In this document: positions 42,666 through 53,644 of the stretch, piece by piece
How positions within the stretch are numbered: the first letter of the stretch is position 1
Layout: the number at the start of each line of letters is the position of its first letter
Assembly (NCBI GenBank): GCA_021817785.1
Contig: JAKAFY010000001.1
Coordinates: 26,446-90,445 of the forward strand
DNA from: a bacterium
Lineage (GTDB): Bacteria; Patescibacteriota; Microgenomatia; UBA10105; UBA927
Length of the DNA stretch: 64,000 nucleotides
Reading direction: 5' to 3'
Notes under the pieces: generated by a model
The model's input: only the letters and a program-made list of their open reading frames with translations
What the model was told of the DNA's origin: nothing
Databases searched by the model: none
Program-made: the position numbers and the translations under genes

Positions 42666-43357
42666 CAGACCTGCTCCGGCTTTCCGGTATTTCCAAAGCA
42701 TACGAAATGGATGGGGTGACGTTCCAGGCTCTGGATAACGTCTCGCTGTCTATCCAGAAAGGGGAATTTGTCGCTATCATGGGTCCGTCCGGCAGCGGTA
42801 AATCGACGCTCATGCATATCGTGGGCTGTCTGGACCGGCCCACATCAGGCCACGTCATCATCGAAGACCGCGATATCTCTACCGCCAGCGACCGCGAACT
42901 TGCCGCTATCCGCAACACCCATATAGGATTTGTATTCCAGCAGTTCAATCTTCTCCGCAAAACGAGTGCGCTGACCAATGTGGAACTTCCCATGGTCTAT
43001 GCCAATGTGGCCCCGAAAGTCCGTCATGACCGCGCGGTTGCCATGCTTGCTGAGGTGGGATTGTCGGAAAAAATGAACAATTATCCTTCCCAACTCTCCG
43101 GAGGGCAGCAGCAGCGCGTGGCTATAGCGCGTGCTCTGGTCACCAATCCCAGTATTATTTTGGCGGATGAGCCGACCGGCAATCTGGACAGCAAATCCGG
43201 CAAAGACATCATGGCAATTTTCGAGCATCTCCATGCGGCGGGCGGCACCATCGTACTCGTCACGCATGACGAGTCGGTTGCCCGGCATGCGAAACGGATC
43301 GTACGGATAGCTGACGGTAAAATTTTATCGGATAGCGGAAAACGGAAACGGATATGA
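42662..43357 (+). CDS. ABC transporter ATP-binding protein (MacB/LolD type)
   Basis: [27 protein letters not shown] and [11 protein letters not shown]. Confidence 0.9.
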   Translation: MTDLLRLSGISKAYEMDGVTFQALDNVSLSIQKGEFVAIMGPSGSGKSTLMHIVGCLDRPTSGHVIIEDRDISTASDRELAAIRNTHIGFVFQQFNLLRKTSALTNVELPMVYANVAPKVRHDRAVAMLAEVGLSEKMNNYPSQLSGGQQQRVAIARALVTNPSIILADEPTGNLDSKSGKDIMAIFEHLHAAGGTIVLVTHDESVARHAKRIVRIADGKILSDSGKRKRI

Positions 43358-44547
43358 ATTTTTTGGAATACATCACATTAGCGCTTACGTCGCTTCGGAC
43401 GAACAAAGTCCGGTCGCTTCTTACCATGCTCGGTATCATCATCGGCGTAGCTTCCGTCATCCTGCTGGTGTCCATTGGTTCCGGACTACAAGCATTTATC
43501 ACCCAGCAATTTGCGAGTTTAGGAGCCAACACGCTTTTCGTACTCCCCGGCAAAGTGGATTTGCGGAGCGGCGGCCCTGCGACCCCGGTATCCAAATTCG
43601 AAATATCGGATATCTACGACATCCTCCACGAAAGCGAATACGTGCGACTGGCAGTTCCCGGCGTCATCCAACAGGCGACCCTGACGGCCAAAGGCAATAC
43701 CGCGTCCGAGCAGATCGCGGGGATATGGGAGGATTATTTTAAAATCGCATCCTATGAGGCAAATTACGGCGACATCATCCGTCAGACCGACGTCGAGCGC
43801 ACGCGCAAAGTCATCGTATTGGGCGCTACCGCGGCTAAAGACCTGTTCGGCGATACCGATCCGGTGGGACAAACGGTGACGCTGGGAGACGTGCGGTATA
43901 TCGTCAAAGGGGTACTGGTAGCCAAAGGCGGCGGGGGCGGACTGGGGTCGGACATCGACCAGCGCGCGTTTATCCCCTACACGACGGCGCTCCGGCAGTT
44001 TAACCTGACCCGGCCGTACGCCATATTTATACAGACGACGGATGCCAAAACCGTGGCCCAGGCCGCGGAAGACGTGAAGCGTATCCTGCTTAAACGCTTG
44101 AAACCCGATGACTTCACCGTCCTGCAACAAACCGAACTGTTAAATACCATAACCCAATTTCTGAGTGTGATTACCGTCGCCCTCGGGGGGATCGCCGCCA
44201 TATCGCTGCTTGTCGGAGGCATCGGCATTATGAATATCATGCTGGTATCGGTCACCGAGCGCACCCGCGAAATAGGACTACGGAAAGCGGTAGGCGGAAC
44301 ATCGCAGGATATCTTGATCCAGTTTCTTATCGAAGCGATTATTCTAAGTCTCGTCGGCGGACTGTTAGGCATAGCCATCGGCTCCCTGGGGGCATACGCC
44401 ATGCATTCGTTTATTCAGACCCAGGTGACGGCCTGGTCCGTGGGACTTGCCGCGGGATTTTCCACACTGATCGGCGTCATTTTCGGAGTAGCCCCTGCCA
44501 TACGGGCGGCAAAACTCGATCCTATCGAAGCATTGCGGTACGAATAA
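43354..44547 (+). CDS. ABC transporter permease (MacB/FtsX-like fold)
   Basis: [36 protein letters not shown], a large periplasmic domain and 3 C-terminal TM. Confidence 0.85.
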   Translation: MNFLEYITLALTSLRTNKVRSLLTMLGIIIGVASVILLVSIGSGLQAFITQQFASLGANTLFVLPGKVDLRSGGPATPVSKFEISDIYDILHESEYVRLAVPGVIQQATLTAKGNTASEQIAGIWEDYFKIASYEANYGDIIRQTDVERTRKVIVLGATAAKDLFGDTDPVGQTVTLGDVRYIVKGVLVAKGGGGGLGSDIDQRAFIPYTTALRQFNLTRPYAIFIQTTDAKTVAQAAEDVKRILLKRLKPDDFTVLQQTELLNTITQFLSVITVALGGIAAISLLVGGIGIMNIMLVSVTERTREIGLRKAVGGTSQDILIQFLIEAIILSLVGGLLGIAIGSLGAYAMHSFIQTQVTAWSVGLAAGFSTLIGVIFGVAPAIRAAKLDPIEALRYE

Positions 44548-44559
44548 TGGGATGACAGG

Positions 44560-47097
44560 TCACTGCACGATTTTCAAAGACTTCACGATTTCAAACCACG
44601 CCACGCTGACGACGGATGCCACGGCCACCAGTCCGATGTCGCCGATAGGCAATGCGCCGAAGTGAAAAAGTCCCCGTAAAAACGGCTGGTATAAAATACC
44701 GAACACCGCTACAATTGCTCCGACCATCACGGACCACAATGCGGTATTTCTGCGTGTGAGAATGGTAAAAAAGTTCTCCCGCCAGGATAAATTGATGACG
44801 ATAAGCAGCAGATCCGCCAGCACGAGTGCCAGAAAAGCCACAGCGCGTGTTTCCGTTTCGCTGGCTCCTGAATGCATGACGTAGAGGATGAGTGCTACCA
44901 CCGCACCCAAAATCCCGATTCCCTGCAGTGCGGAGACGCCCACCATACGCATATCAAACAGCCGTTGCCGGAGCGGCCTGGGCGGCCGTTTCATGATCTG
45001 TTCGTCTTCGGGCTCCGCTTCGAATACCGTAGAACAGGACGGGTCGATGATAAGTTCCAAAAAGGCGATGTGGGCGGGAAGCAATATGATCGGCAAACGG
45101 AAAAGCGGCATAAGCAGCGACAATCCGGCGATGGGCAAATGCACGGCGATCGTATACCCCATGGCGCGTTTGAGATTGTCGTAGATCCGCCGCCCTAACC
45201 GCACTGCCGACACGATCGACGAAAAATCGTCATTTAACAGTACCAATGCCGACGCCTCGCGGGCCACATCGGTACCCCGCTCCCCCATGGCTATGCCGAT
45301 GTGTGCGGATTTCAGCGCCGGCGCATCGTTTACCCCGTCGCCTGTCATGGCGACGATGTCCCCGTTTGCCTTGAGCGCATTAACGATGGCCAGTTTTTGT
45401 TCCGGCATGATGCGGGCGAATACATTGGTCACCCGTATGCGTTCGCGGAGCGTTTCCTCCGTCATGTGCGCCAGTTCCGTGCCGGTAATGACGGCGTTGG
45501 GATTGGCAAATCCCGCTTCTCCGGCTATCCACGATGCGGTACCCGGATAATCTCCGGTTATCATGATGACCCGCATCCCGGCATCATACGTTTCCCGGAT
45601 TGCCGCGGGGACGCTACTTCTTACCGGATCCAAAAATCCTAACAATCCCATAAACTCGAAACGGAACCGGTGCTGGTTTTCCGGAAGAATTTTTTTGGTA
45701 AATGATGCTTTGGCTACCCCAAGCACCCGCAGACCCCGTTTGGATAATTCTTCGATGCGGGACAGCAATATATCGCGGTCATGTTTGGACATGTGGCATA
45801 GTTCCGCGATCGCTTCCGGAGCTCCTTTTGCAGCCACGACATACGACGAGGAATCCGGGGATTTCCAGACATGGGAAAGCGCCAATAATTTTTCCGATAA
45901 CGGATATTCCCGGACAATCGTCCATTTGTCGTGCAGATGCTCCGTACCGGACAGATATTCCACTCCCACCCGACGGATATCTTTTTCGATCGGGTCATAG
46001 GGATCCCGCTGGCTTGCCAGCACCGCATATTCCAATAACCGGTGATACGACTCGGACAACGGCGCGGATGCGGATGTCGTGACTTCCCGGTACGACGTGC
46101 GGTCGGCTAGGGTAACAAGCGTCATTTTATTTTGCGTCAGCGTCCCGGTTTTATCGACGCACAAAACGGTAGCCGCACCCAGCGTCTCTATGGCTGCGGC
46201 CCTGCGGGTCAGCACTTTCCGTTTGGAAATCCGCCATGCGCCCAGGGTAAGAAACACCAGCAATACGACCGGAAACTCTTCGGGAAGCAATGCCATGGAA
46301 AGCGTGAGTCCGGCGAGAAGACCCTGCAACAGCGTGCCGCGCATGACGCTATATACGACGGCCACCAGCACGCAGAGCGCCAGTCCTCCGATGGTTGCGA
46401 TACGCACGATATGTGCCGTTTCTTTATGGAGCAGGGTGTCTTCTTCGTGGACGGCGCTTAATGCTTTGCCGATTTTTCCCATCTCCGTACGTATCCCGGT
46501 ATGGATGACCCGGGCGACCCCGCGGCCTGCCACCACCATGGTGCCCGAGTAGATGTACGGCAATCCGTCTCCACCCGGGCGGGCGGATTTGTCTTCTTTG
46601 CGCCACACCGTCTTCCTCACCGGAACGGATTCTCCCGTCAGGAGCGACTCGTCTACCGACAAATTTTCCTGCTCCAGTAATACGGCATCCGCAGGCACCC
46701 TGTCCCCTTCGCGCAAAACGATAATGTCGTCGCATACTACCTCGCGGCCGGATATCCGCAGTCTGATGCCGCCCCGTATGACGAGCGCCCTGGGGCTTGC
46801 CAGATTCCGAAGTGCTTCAAGTGTGCGCTCTGTCTTGTGTTCCTGATACAGGGTTATGCCGATGACGACGAACACAAACGAAAGCAGCATAAGCGCGTCT
46901 TTCGGTTCGCCCAATATAAAATACAATCCGCCGGTACCCAAAAGGAGAAGCAGCATCGGCTCCGACAAGACGCGCAAAAAGATTGCGAAGACGCTTTGTT
47001 TCCGCTGGGACGGAAGTTCATTGGGGCCGTCCCGAAGGAGACGCTTCTCAACTTCTTCGTTTGTGAGTCCTTGTATGACGGGTAAATGTGTTGTCAT
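44560..47097 (-). CDS. cation-transporting P-type ATPase (P2/P3-type, Ca2+/Mg2+-ATPase-like)
   Basis: 845 aa. CVDKTGTLTQNKM phosphorylation motif, TGDGVNDAPALK hinge and about 10 TM. Confidence 0.9.
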   Translation of the reverse strand: MTTHLPVIQGLTNEEVEKRLLRDGPNELPSQRKQSVFAIFLRVLSEPMLLLLLGTGGLYFILGEPKDALMLLSFVFVVIGITLYQEHKTERTLEALRNLASPRALVIRGGIRLRISGREVVCDDIIVLREGDRVPADAVLLEQENLSVDESLLTGESVPVRKTVWRKEDKSARPGGDGLPYIYSGTMVVAGRGVARVIHTGIRTEMGKIGKALSAVHEEDTLLHKETAHIVRIATIGGLALCVLVAVVYSVMRGTLLQGLLAGLTLSMALLPEEFPVVLLVFLTLGAWRISKRKVLTRRAAAIETLGAATVLCVDKTGTLTQNKMTLVTLADRTSYREVTTSASAPLSESYHRLLEYAVLASQRDPYDPIEKDIRRVGVEYLSGTEHLHDKWTIVREYPLSEKLLALSHVWKSPDSSSYVVAAKGAPEAIAELCHMSKHDRDILLSRIEELSKRGLRVLGVAKASFTKKILPENQHRFRFEFMGLLGFLDPVRSSVPAAIRETYDAGMRVIMITGDYPGTASWIAGEAGFANPNAVITGTELAHMTEETLRERIRVTNVFARIMPEQKLAIVNALKANGDIVAMTGDGVNDAPALKSAHIGIAMGERGTDVAREASALVLLNDDFSSIVSAVRLGRRIYDNLKRAMGYTIAVHLPIAGLSLLMPLFRLPIILLPAHIAFLELIIDPSCSTVFEAEPEDEQIMKRPPRPLRQRLFDMRMVGVSALQGIGILGAVVALILYVMHSGASETETRAVAFLALVLADLLLIVINLSWRENFFTILTRRNTALWSVMVGAIVAVFGILYQPFLRGLFHFGALPIGDIGLVAVASVVSVAWFEIVKSLKIVQ

Positions 47098-47204
47098 GGC
47101 GAAGTACCAGTATACGAAATATCCGGCGCGACAATCTGTACACTTTCGTACACATTTTCATAGTACCGCATTTCCTGCGTAGACGCTCTGTATATGACGG
47201 AGGT

Positions 47205-48557
47205 TCAGACGGATGCCAATACGCGGGTAAGAACATCGATAACCCGTACCATTTCTTCGGGTGACTCCAGCCCCGGGGATATACGGAGAAATATGTTTTC
47301 AAAGGGACTGCGCGGAGACCATGTGTATACACGCGTTACCGGAGTGCCGAATGTGCTCCCGGCAAGAAGCGGGACATGGCTCTTTTTGGCTTCACGGACC
47401 ACAGATTGCATTACTGCTCTATACGTGCGGTATGACGCTCCGGGGAATTCTATGGCGACAAACGCACCGGTATACCCTATCCGTTTGGCCGTACGAAATC
47501 CCGCATGCGACGCCAAACCGGGATAGCTTGCGCGGACATGCGGCAGGGAGGAAATTGCGCGAGCGATTTCTGCCGCATTTGTTGCTAACCTCTGAAGATA
47601 ACCCGCATGAACTTTTTTGTTCGGGGAAGGCATGGTAGCCGCCGCTGCTTCCGATATATTTACTCCGGCATGGTCGCGCACGCGATAGATCGTATCTGCC
47701 GGTATGCCGTGTGCCCACAGTATGCCCCCTGTCGTCCGATCCAACCCGAACTGATGAAATTTATTGAGACTCTCATATGCCATCAGCGATACGTTCCGCG
47801 CAAGATATGCGTGGGCCGGCATCCGGAAATGTTCCATAGATACGCATGTCGTATCGATCACCATATCGACATGATGCCTAAGTTTCCCCGCAAACGCATA
47901 AATGCGCGAAACATCCGCAACAGTCATGGAGGGGTCGTTTGCCAGAAGATCAAAAAATATGGCATGGGGCGCGATATCTGCGAGTGCGGCCGGCGATGCT
48001 TCATCAAATATGGTTATACGGTCATCAGGAAACATCATGTGCAAAAGTTCCTGATTTTCGAAATAGCTGTGCCGGCCCACGGCAATGCGATAGGTATCCG
48101 GCAACCGCTGCCGGACGACAAGCGCTGCAACCGTAAGCGCCGCCATGCCGCTCGTCGTAGCAAACGCGGTGGGAGCACCGAACAAACGGGGTATGTATTC
48201 GCGTACATATGCTTTTTCATATGCGATTCCTACGGGGTGCTGGTCCCGTTTATAGTCATTTATATTTGCGAGAATTTTTCCCTGTTCGTCTCCGACTTCG
48301 TTTGCGTACGATGCATCAAACGCGGGCGACTGCCAATGATCCGCGGTAAGTGTTCCCCCGAGCTGACCATATAAAACATGACAGTGCTGGAATACCCCGT
48401 GCCATGCGCCGATATCGGCCGGTTCGTTCCGCTGTACACATTCCCGAAGCGTTTGAAATTCGCGTACTAGCTGCGATGCATTCCGTTTTTTCCGGAGCTT
48501 TTGCGCGGCATCGTCGACAAGATACAGAAGGATTTGATTTTGCACATCCATACGCAC
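47205..48557 (-). CDS. PLP-dependent enzyme, Cys/Met-metabolism family (cystathionine gamma-synthase/lyase-like)
   Basis: AFATTSGMAALTVA and ESLNKFHQFGLDRTTGGIL resemble the SGMAA and SxTKYxGGHSD PLP-lysine region. The N-terminal ~60 aa extension is atypical. Confidence 0.6.
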   Translation of the reverse strand: MRMDVQNQILLYLVDDAAQKLRKKRNASQLVREFQTLRECVQRNEPADIGAWHGVFQHCHVLYGQLGGTLTADHWQSPAFDASYANEVGDEQGKILANINDYKRDQHPVGIAYEKAYVREYIPRLFGAPTAFATTSGMAALTVAALVVRQRLPDTYRIAVGRHSYFENQELLHMMFPDDRITIFDEASPAALADIAPHAIFFDLLANDPSMTVADVSRIYAFAGKLRHHVDMVIDTTCVSMEHFRMPAHAYLARNVSLMAYESLNKFHQFGLDRTTGGILWAHGIPADTIYRVRDHAGVNISEAAAATMPSPNKKVHAGYLQRLATNAAEIARAISSLPHVRASYPGLASHAGFRTAKRIGYTGAFVAIEFPGASYRTYRAVMQSVVREAKKSHVPLLAGSTFGTPVTRVYTWSPRSPFENIFLRISPGLESPEEMVRVIDVLTRVLASV

Positions 48558-48577
48558 ACCATTATATAATATGTCTC

Positions 48578-49285
48578 ATGGAAAACCCCGTACGCATCAC
48601 CATTACCGCCGGCATGGACGGAGATGAATATACAGGGATCGAAGCCGCACGCGTGGTAGAGAAAAAGTACCGGACCCAAAAAAATATCGTCGTCCTCCCG
48701 CTCATAAACGAAGCAGGATACAAACATCACACCAGCTGGTCGCCAATTGATAACAAATATCCCAAATTTGTTTTTCCCGGCTCACATCGCGGCACCCACA
48801 CAGCACAACGTATGTATGAGTTGTTTGAAACATATATCAAACACACGGACCTTTGGATAGATCTGCACGGCGGAGCGACCAATGAAATACTTACCCCGTT
48901 TCTCTGGCTCTACCGGAGCAGGCATCGGGATATCCGGGCTATACACCAACGGGTGATCGAAACCACGAGTGCGCCCATCGTCGTCTATGACCGGCATCCG
49001 TTTATGAATTATTCTGCGCTGTTAGACAAGCTGCATATCGCCCATATCCTGATGGAATGCGGGGATCAGGGGACAGCGCGGAAAGAGGATGTGCGTGCGC
49101 TGATTACCTGGGTAGATGAAATCATACACCCCACTGCGACTACACACCGAAATCCTCTGGTCTACACATCAGTACGCTATGTGTTTGATGTAAACAAACG
49201 AATCGAAAACGGTCAGCTTTTGTGGAAACGCACGGATACGGATATACCCAGAGGTGAGGTAGCGGCGGCGTATGCGCTGCGGTAA
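48578..49285 (+). CDS. succinylglutamate desuccinylase/aspartoacylase (AstE/AspA) family zinc hydrolase
   Basis: Start MENPVRITITAGMDGDEYTGIEAARVV with ATG at 48578 after TATAAT...DLHGG. Divergent from the PLP-enzyme gene. Confidence 0.65.
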   Translation: MENPVRITITAGMDGDEYTGIEAARVVEKKYRTQKNIVVLPLINEAGYKHHTSWSPIDNKYPKFVFPGSHRGTHTAQRMYELFETYIKHTDLWIDLHGGATNEILTPFLWLYRSRHRDIRAIHQRVIETTSAPIVVYDRHPFMNYSALLDKLHIAHILMECGDQGTARKEDVRALITWVDEIIHPTATTHRNPLVYTSVRYVFDVNKRIENGQLLWKRTDTDIPRGEVAAAYALR

Positions 49286-49286
49286 C

Positions 49287-50396
49287 TTACTCTTTACACC
49301 CGGTCCCAAGTCCTCCGACGCAATCTTCTGCGGGCGGCTTCCCCCGCTCCGGACACTTGAGCGAATAGATACACGCATCATCGGCGACACTCTGGATTTC
49401 CTGTGCTACCGGGGTTTGGTCGCTGCCGACGATGACCAGCAGACGGTCCAAATCTTTGGGTTCGTATGAATCATACGGCGTCACTTCTTTCCCGTTTACA
49501 TAGAGTGTCACCTTTTTTCCGGAAAAGCTTAGCTTCAAGGAATCAAATAAGTCTTTTAACGTGACGCCCTGTTTGTGGATATGGATAAGGTCTCCTTTTC
49601 CGTCATGGAAATGGATAAACTCGTTCAGGTCCTTCCCGTCTTTGGACTGGTATATGGCCTGGGTGAAGTCTATGGGTTTGCCGTCCAGGACGACCTTTAT
49701 GTTGGCATGCGCATGATAGGACTCTGCAGGAGTAATGTTCGGAGTTGGCGCCTTTGCTATGGCGGCTTTCACCAATGCCTCAAAGTCTGCAAGACTTCCG
49801 GGATTTTCCAGCTTTATGCCATCAAGATAAAATGTCGGGGTCGCATTCACGCCCAGGGAATTGCCGTCCTGCGTATCCCGGTCCACGATGTTTTTGATTT
49901 CCGCGCTGTCCAGATCTTTGGTAAATGTAGGGACATCCAACCCGATATCTTTGGCGTAGCCCAAAATGTATTTTCGCGCATCAGTCCCTTCCGACCACTC
50001 CGCTTGCTTCTCGTACAGCATGTTGTGCATTTCCCAGTATTTGCCCTGTTTGCCCGCAGCCTGCGCGGCATCCGCGGCAATGGGTGCGTTGGGATGCATG
50101 GGAAGCGGAAATTCGCGGAACACATACGTTAACGAACTTTTGAAATCCGACAGCACCTGCTTCACCAGCGGGTGATACGCGCCGCAGGCCGGACACTGAT
50201 AGTCCCCGAACTCGACGAGCGTGACCGTCGCGGACGTCGTGGATATTTTATAACTATCGGGACGGATAAGCAGGGACATATCGGCTTTTTGGGGAGTTCC
50301 GGCGGATGAATTCCCGCTCAGAAAAAACAATGCGCCGCCGATGATGGCGACGGTAGCTACGATGATACCGACGAACAGCTTGGTTTCATCACTCAT
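49287..50396 (-). CDS. membrane-anchored DsbA-like thiol-disulfide oxidoreductase with ~170-aa C-terminal extension
   Basis: TM (LFVGIIVATVAIIGGALFF), VTLVEFGDYQCPACG (CxxC), GKYWEMHNMLYEKQ and GVNATPTFYLDG in canonical order. The extra C-terminal domain ends in a Cys-rich tail (CIYSLKCPERGKPPAEDCVGGLGTGC). Confidence 0.75.
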   Translation of the reverse strand: MSDETKLFVGIIVATVAIIGGALFFLSGNSSAGTPQKADMSLLIRPDSYKISTTSATVTLVEFGDYQCPACGAYHPLVKQVLSDFKSSLTYVFREFPLPMHPNAPIAADAAQAAGKQGKYWEMHNMLYEKQAEWSEGTDARKYILGYAKDIGLDVPTFTKDLDSAEIKNIVDRDTQDGNSLGVNATPTFYLDGIKLENPGSLADFEALVKAAIAKAPTPNITPAESYHAHANIKVVLDGKPIDFTQAIYQSKDGKDLNEFIHFHDGKGDLIHIHKQGVTLKDLFDSLKLSFSGKKVTLYVNGKEVTPYDSYEPKDLDRLLVIVGSDQTPVAQEIQSVADDACIYSLKCPERGKPPAEDCVGGLGTGCKE

Positions 50397-50440
50397 ATAT
50401 GTCAGCGATTATAGTACACCTTCCCGGTCTCACCAAGGGA

Positions 50441-50923
50441 TCAATATAATTTCGCTTTTTCCGGTTTTCCGATCTTTACATAATACTGCTTCCACAGCGA
50501 CGCGGATTGTTCCTTAAGGTCGGCGTATGGCGCTTCGGTGACCGTCATGGCACCAAAAAATCCATCAAACTCCGGCGTATGCTTTAAATCGGCCATGCCG
50601 GCTTTCTGCGGATCGATCATGGCAAAGTGCACGTCGGATATATTCGTCCGTGCGATAAAGAAACTGCACGCGCAGCAGGGCTCAGCGGAACTGATAAGCA
50701 TAAATTTCCTATGCGGATCTAGAAGCGTATTGATATCCATCTTCCGGAGACACTGTATTTCGGCATGGGCGCTGATATCGCGGGTGGAAAAATTTTCGTT
50801 TTGTCCTTCGGCGACAACGGTGCCGGATTCGTCAATGATGAGCGACCCGATCGGATAGTTCCCGGAGTCGAGTGCCTGCCGCGCTAATACAATTGTTTTT
50901 TCCAGATAATCCCGTGTATTCAT
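50441..50923 (-). CDS. CMP/dCMP-type zinc deaminase (tRNA adenosine deaminase TadA-like)
   Basis: ORF 50441..50971 begins on GTG overlapping secA. ATG at 50923 (MNTRDYLEK) forms an ATGA overlap with the secA stop. HAEIQCLRK and PCCACS zinc-binding motifs. Confidence 0.7.
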   Translation of the reverse strand: MNTRDYLEKTIVLARQALDSGNYPIGSLIIDESGTVVAEGQNENFSTRDISAHAEIQCLRKMDINTLLDPHRKFMLISSAEPCCACSFFIARTNISDVHFAMIDPQKAGMADLKHTPEFDGFFGAMTVTEAPYADLKEQSASLWKQYYVKIGKPEKAKLY

Positions 50924-53616
50924 TGCGTCTGCGGATAATGACACTTCTTCCACTTTTTTCCGCTGCCGCACCAGCAGGGGTCATTGCGGCCCAGGGAAGA
51001 ATTTTTGACCACCGGCGTAGGTGTGCCGGATGCTTCTGCGGCATTTGTATGCATATGTTTGGCTGCTTGGGACAACGCCGTTTCCTGGGGGATGACGGGA
51101 GCCGATGCCACCTGCTGTGCCGCCGGATTCTGCTGCACCTGTACTTTAAATATCCGATGGGCGATCTCGCTGTCTATCCCGGCTACTAATTGTTCGAACA
51201 TGGTAAATGCTTCATTTTTATACTCGACGAGCGGATCGCGCTGCCCGTAGCCTCTGAGCCCGATTCCCTCGCGCAGATCATCTATGGCATCCAGGTGGTC
51301 CATCCAGAGATTATCGATGACCTGCAGACTCACCCATCGCTCCACCTGCCGCATGATATCCGGGGTCACCTGCGTTTCCCGCTGGGCGTACACGTCGGCT
51401 ACTATCTTGGCAAGAAAATCGGTGATATCTGCCGGATTATGCAGCTGTTCGACCTGTTTTAACAACTGCTGCTGGGACGCTTCGTCAAACGGGATAATGG
51501 AAACAAACTCCGTCACGATTTTCGCCCTGTCTATGACTTCATTTTCCGGGCTGTAGACTGCGACGATATTTCCCACCTCGCCGGTTATTTTTTTGATAAT
51601 CGCGTCCTTTTGGTTTTCCCCTTCCAGAATTTTTCTTCTGCGGCGGTAGATGATTTCGCGGTGCTTATTGAGGACGTCATCGTATTCCACCAGATGCTTC
51701 CGGCTGTCAAAGTGGAATCCCTCGACTTTCGTCTGCGCCTGCTCCAACGCGCGGCTGACCATAGCGTGTTCGAGCGGCACTTCCTCCGGAAGTTTGAAAA
51801 TCGTCATGAGCTTGGATACCTGGTCTCCGCCGAACAAACGCATGATTTCGTCTTCCAGCGATACGTAGAAACGGCTGGCCCCGGGGTCTCCCTGACGGCC
51901 GCTACGGCCACGCAGCTGATTGTCTATGCGCCGGGATTCGTGCCGCTCCGTGCCGATGACATACAACCCGCCTGCCGCCACCACCTCATCATGGCGCTTC
52001 TGCCATGCGGCCATATCTTTTTTCCACTCGGATTCCGTTTTATACTCCCATTTTTCCTTTTTGGATCCGCCGAGGATAATGTCCACACCTCGGCCCGCCA
52101 TGTTGGTAGCTACCGTAATAGCCCCTTTCTTTCCGGCTTCGGTAATGATCATGGCTTCCTTGAGATGATTTTTGGCGTTTAATACCTGGTGTGGGATGCC
52201 TTTGTGGGTGAGTAAATCGCTTATGATTTCGTTCTTATCTATCGAGGTCGTGCCTACCAGTACCGGCTGCCCTTTTTTGTAGTGCTCGATGATGTCTTCT
52301 GCCACAGCCGTGTATTTGGCGCGGGTGGTTTTGTATACCATATCCGCGTAGTCCGCACGTGCCAGCGGCCGGTGCGTCGGGATGATGAGTACGTCGAGGT
52401 TATAGATTTTTTTGAATTCTTCGGCTTCGGTTGCCGCCGTACCCGTCATGCCGCCGAGTTTCTCGTACATACGGAAATAGTTTTGCAGAGATACGGTGGC
52501 CAAGGTGCGGCTTTCCTGCTGGATTGCGACGCCTTCTTTGGCCTCTATAGCCTGGTGGATGCCTTCGCTGAATCTCCTGCCGGTAAGCAAGCGTCCGGTA
52601 AACTCGTCAACGATGACCACCTGCCCGTCTTTGACGATGTAATCTTTCTCCCGGTGAAACAGCGCCCGGGCTTTCAGCGCTGCTTCTATGTGGTGTACAG
52701 TTTCAAAACTGGTTTCGTAGATATTGCCCAAGCCCAGCATTTTCTCCACTTTGAGTATGCCGTGATCGGTCAGGTGCGCGGTGCGCAGTTTTTCGTCTAT
52801 CATGTAATCCGTTTCGGCGGTAAGTTTTTCCACTATTTTGGCGTAATCATAATATTTGTGCGTGGCCTCTGCCGCAGGCGCGGAAATGATGTGCGGCGTA
52901 CGTGCCTCATCGATGAGAATCGAGTCTACCTCGTCGATGATGGCATAGTGATATTCGCGCTGGACCAGCTGGCTCATGTCGCTTGCCATGTTGTCCCGTA
53001 GATAGTCAAAACCGAATTCGGAGTTTATGCCATAGGTAATATCGGCAAGATATGCCTCCCTGCGGCTTACCGGTTTGAGATGTTCGAGCCTCCAGTCGTT
53101 TGCCGTGGGATTTACATAGTCAGGATCATAGACAAATGACTGTTCTCCGATGATGGCCGATACGGACAAACCCAGCATGTGGTATATGCGTCCCATCCAG
53201 CCGGCATCGCGCCGGGCCAGATAATCGTTTACGGTCACCAAATGGGCGCCCCTCCCGGTGAGCGCGTTGAGGTACAGCGCCGGAGTCGCGGACAACGTCT
53301 TTCCTTCTCCGGTTTTTTGCTCGGCCACCTTCCCCTGATGGAGCGCGATAGCAGCGATAAGCTGTACGTCGTAGTGGCGTTCGCCGATGGTACGGAATGC
53401 CGCTTCCCGGACCAATGCGTATGCTTCCGGTAATAGGTCATCGAGCGTTTGCCCGGCGGCTAACCGTTCCTTGAATTCTGCCGTCTTTTTGGCAAAATCC
53501 GTATCTTTCAGGAGCTTGACGTCCGCGTCCTGCGCATTGATACGCTCGACGATAGCGCGCAATCTGGTAATCTCTTTTTCGTTCGTATCCAAAAGCTTCG
53601 AGAGGAATTTAAACAT
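50920..53616 (-). CDS. secA: preprotein translocase ATPase SecA
   Basis: 898 aa with DEAD-motor motifs and a C-terminal zinc finger CWCGSGKKWKKCH. Confidence 0.95.
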   Translation of the reverse strand: MFKFLSKLLDTNEKEITRLRAIVERINAQDADVKLLKDTDFAKKTAEFKERLAAGQTLDDLLPEAYALVREAAFRTIGERHYDVQLIAAIALHQGKVAEQKTGEGKTLSATPALYLNALTGRGAHLVTVNDYLARRDAGWMGRIYHMLGLSVSAIIGEQSFVYDPDYVNPTANDWRLEHLKPVSRREAYLADITYGINSEFGFDYLRDNMASDMSQLVQREYHYAIIDEVDSILIDEARTPHIISAPAAEATHKYYDYAKIVEKLTAETDYMIDEKLRTAHLTDHGILKVEKMLGLGNIYETSFETVHHIEAALKARALFHREKDYIVKDGQVVIVDEFTGRLLTGRRFSEGIHQAIEAKEGVAIQQESRTLATVSLQNYFRMYEKLGGMTGTAATEAEEFKKIYNLDVLIIPTHRPLARADYADMVYKTTRAKYTAVAEDIIEHYKKGQPVLVGTTSIDKNEIISDLLTHKGIPHQVLNAKNHLKEAMIITEAGKKGAITVATNMAGRGVDIILGGSKKEKWEYKTESEWKKDMAAWQKRHDEVVAAGGLYVIGTERHESRRIDNQLRGRSGRQGDPGASRFYVSLEDEIMRLFGGDQVSKLMTIFKLPEEVPLEHAMVSRALEQAQTKVEGFHFDSRKHLVEYDDVLNKHREIIYRRRRKILEGENQKDAIIKKITGEVGNIVAVYSPENEVIDRAKIVTEFVSIIPFDEASQQQLLKQVEQLHNPADITDFLAKIVADVYAQRETQVTPDIMRQVERWVSLQVIDNLWMDHLDAIDDLREGIGLRGYGQRDPLVEYKNEAFTMFEQLVAGIDSEIAHRIFKVQVQQNPAAQQVASAPVIPQETALSQAAKHMHTNAAEASGTPTPVVKNSSLGRNDPCWCGSGKKWKKCHYPQTQ

Positions 53617-53644
53617 GAGACCCTTATTTTATCATACCCAAGTC

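Noticed and set aside
47607-48374. 255-aa plus-strand ORF
   Set aside because: Antisense to the PLP-dependent enzyme gene. Arg/Cys/His-rich.
52282-53001. 239-aa plus-strand ORF and other plus ORFs inside 50.9-53.6 kb
   Set aside because: Antisense to secA.
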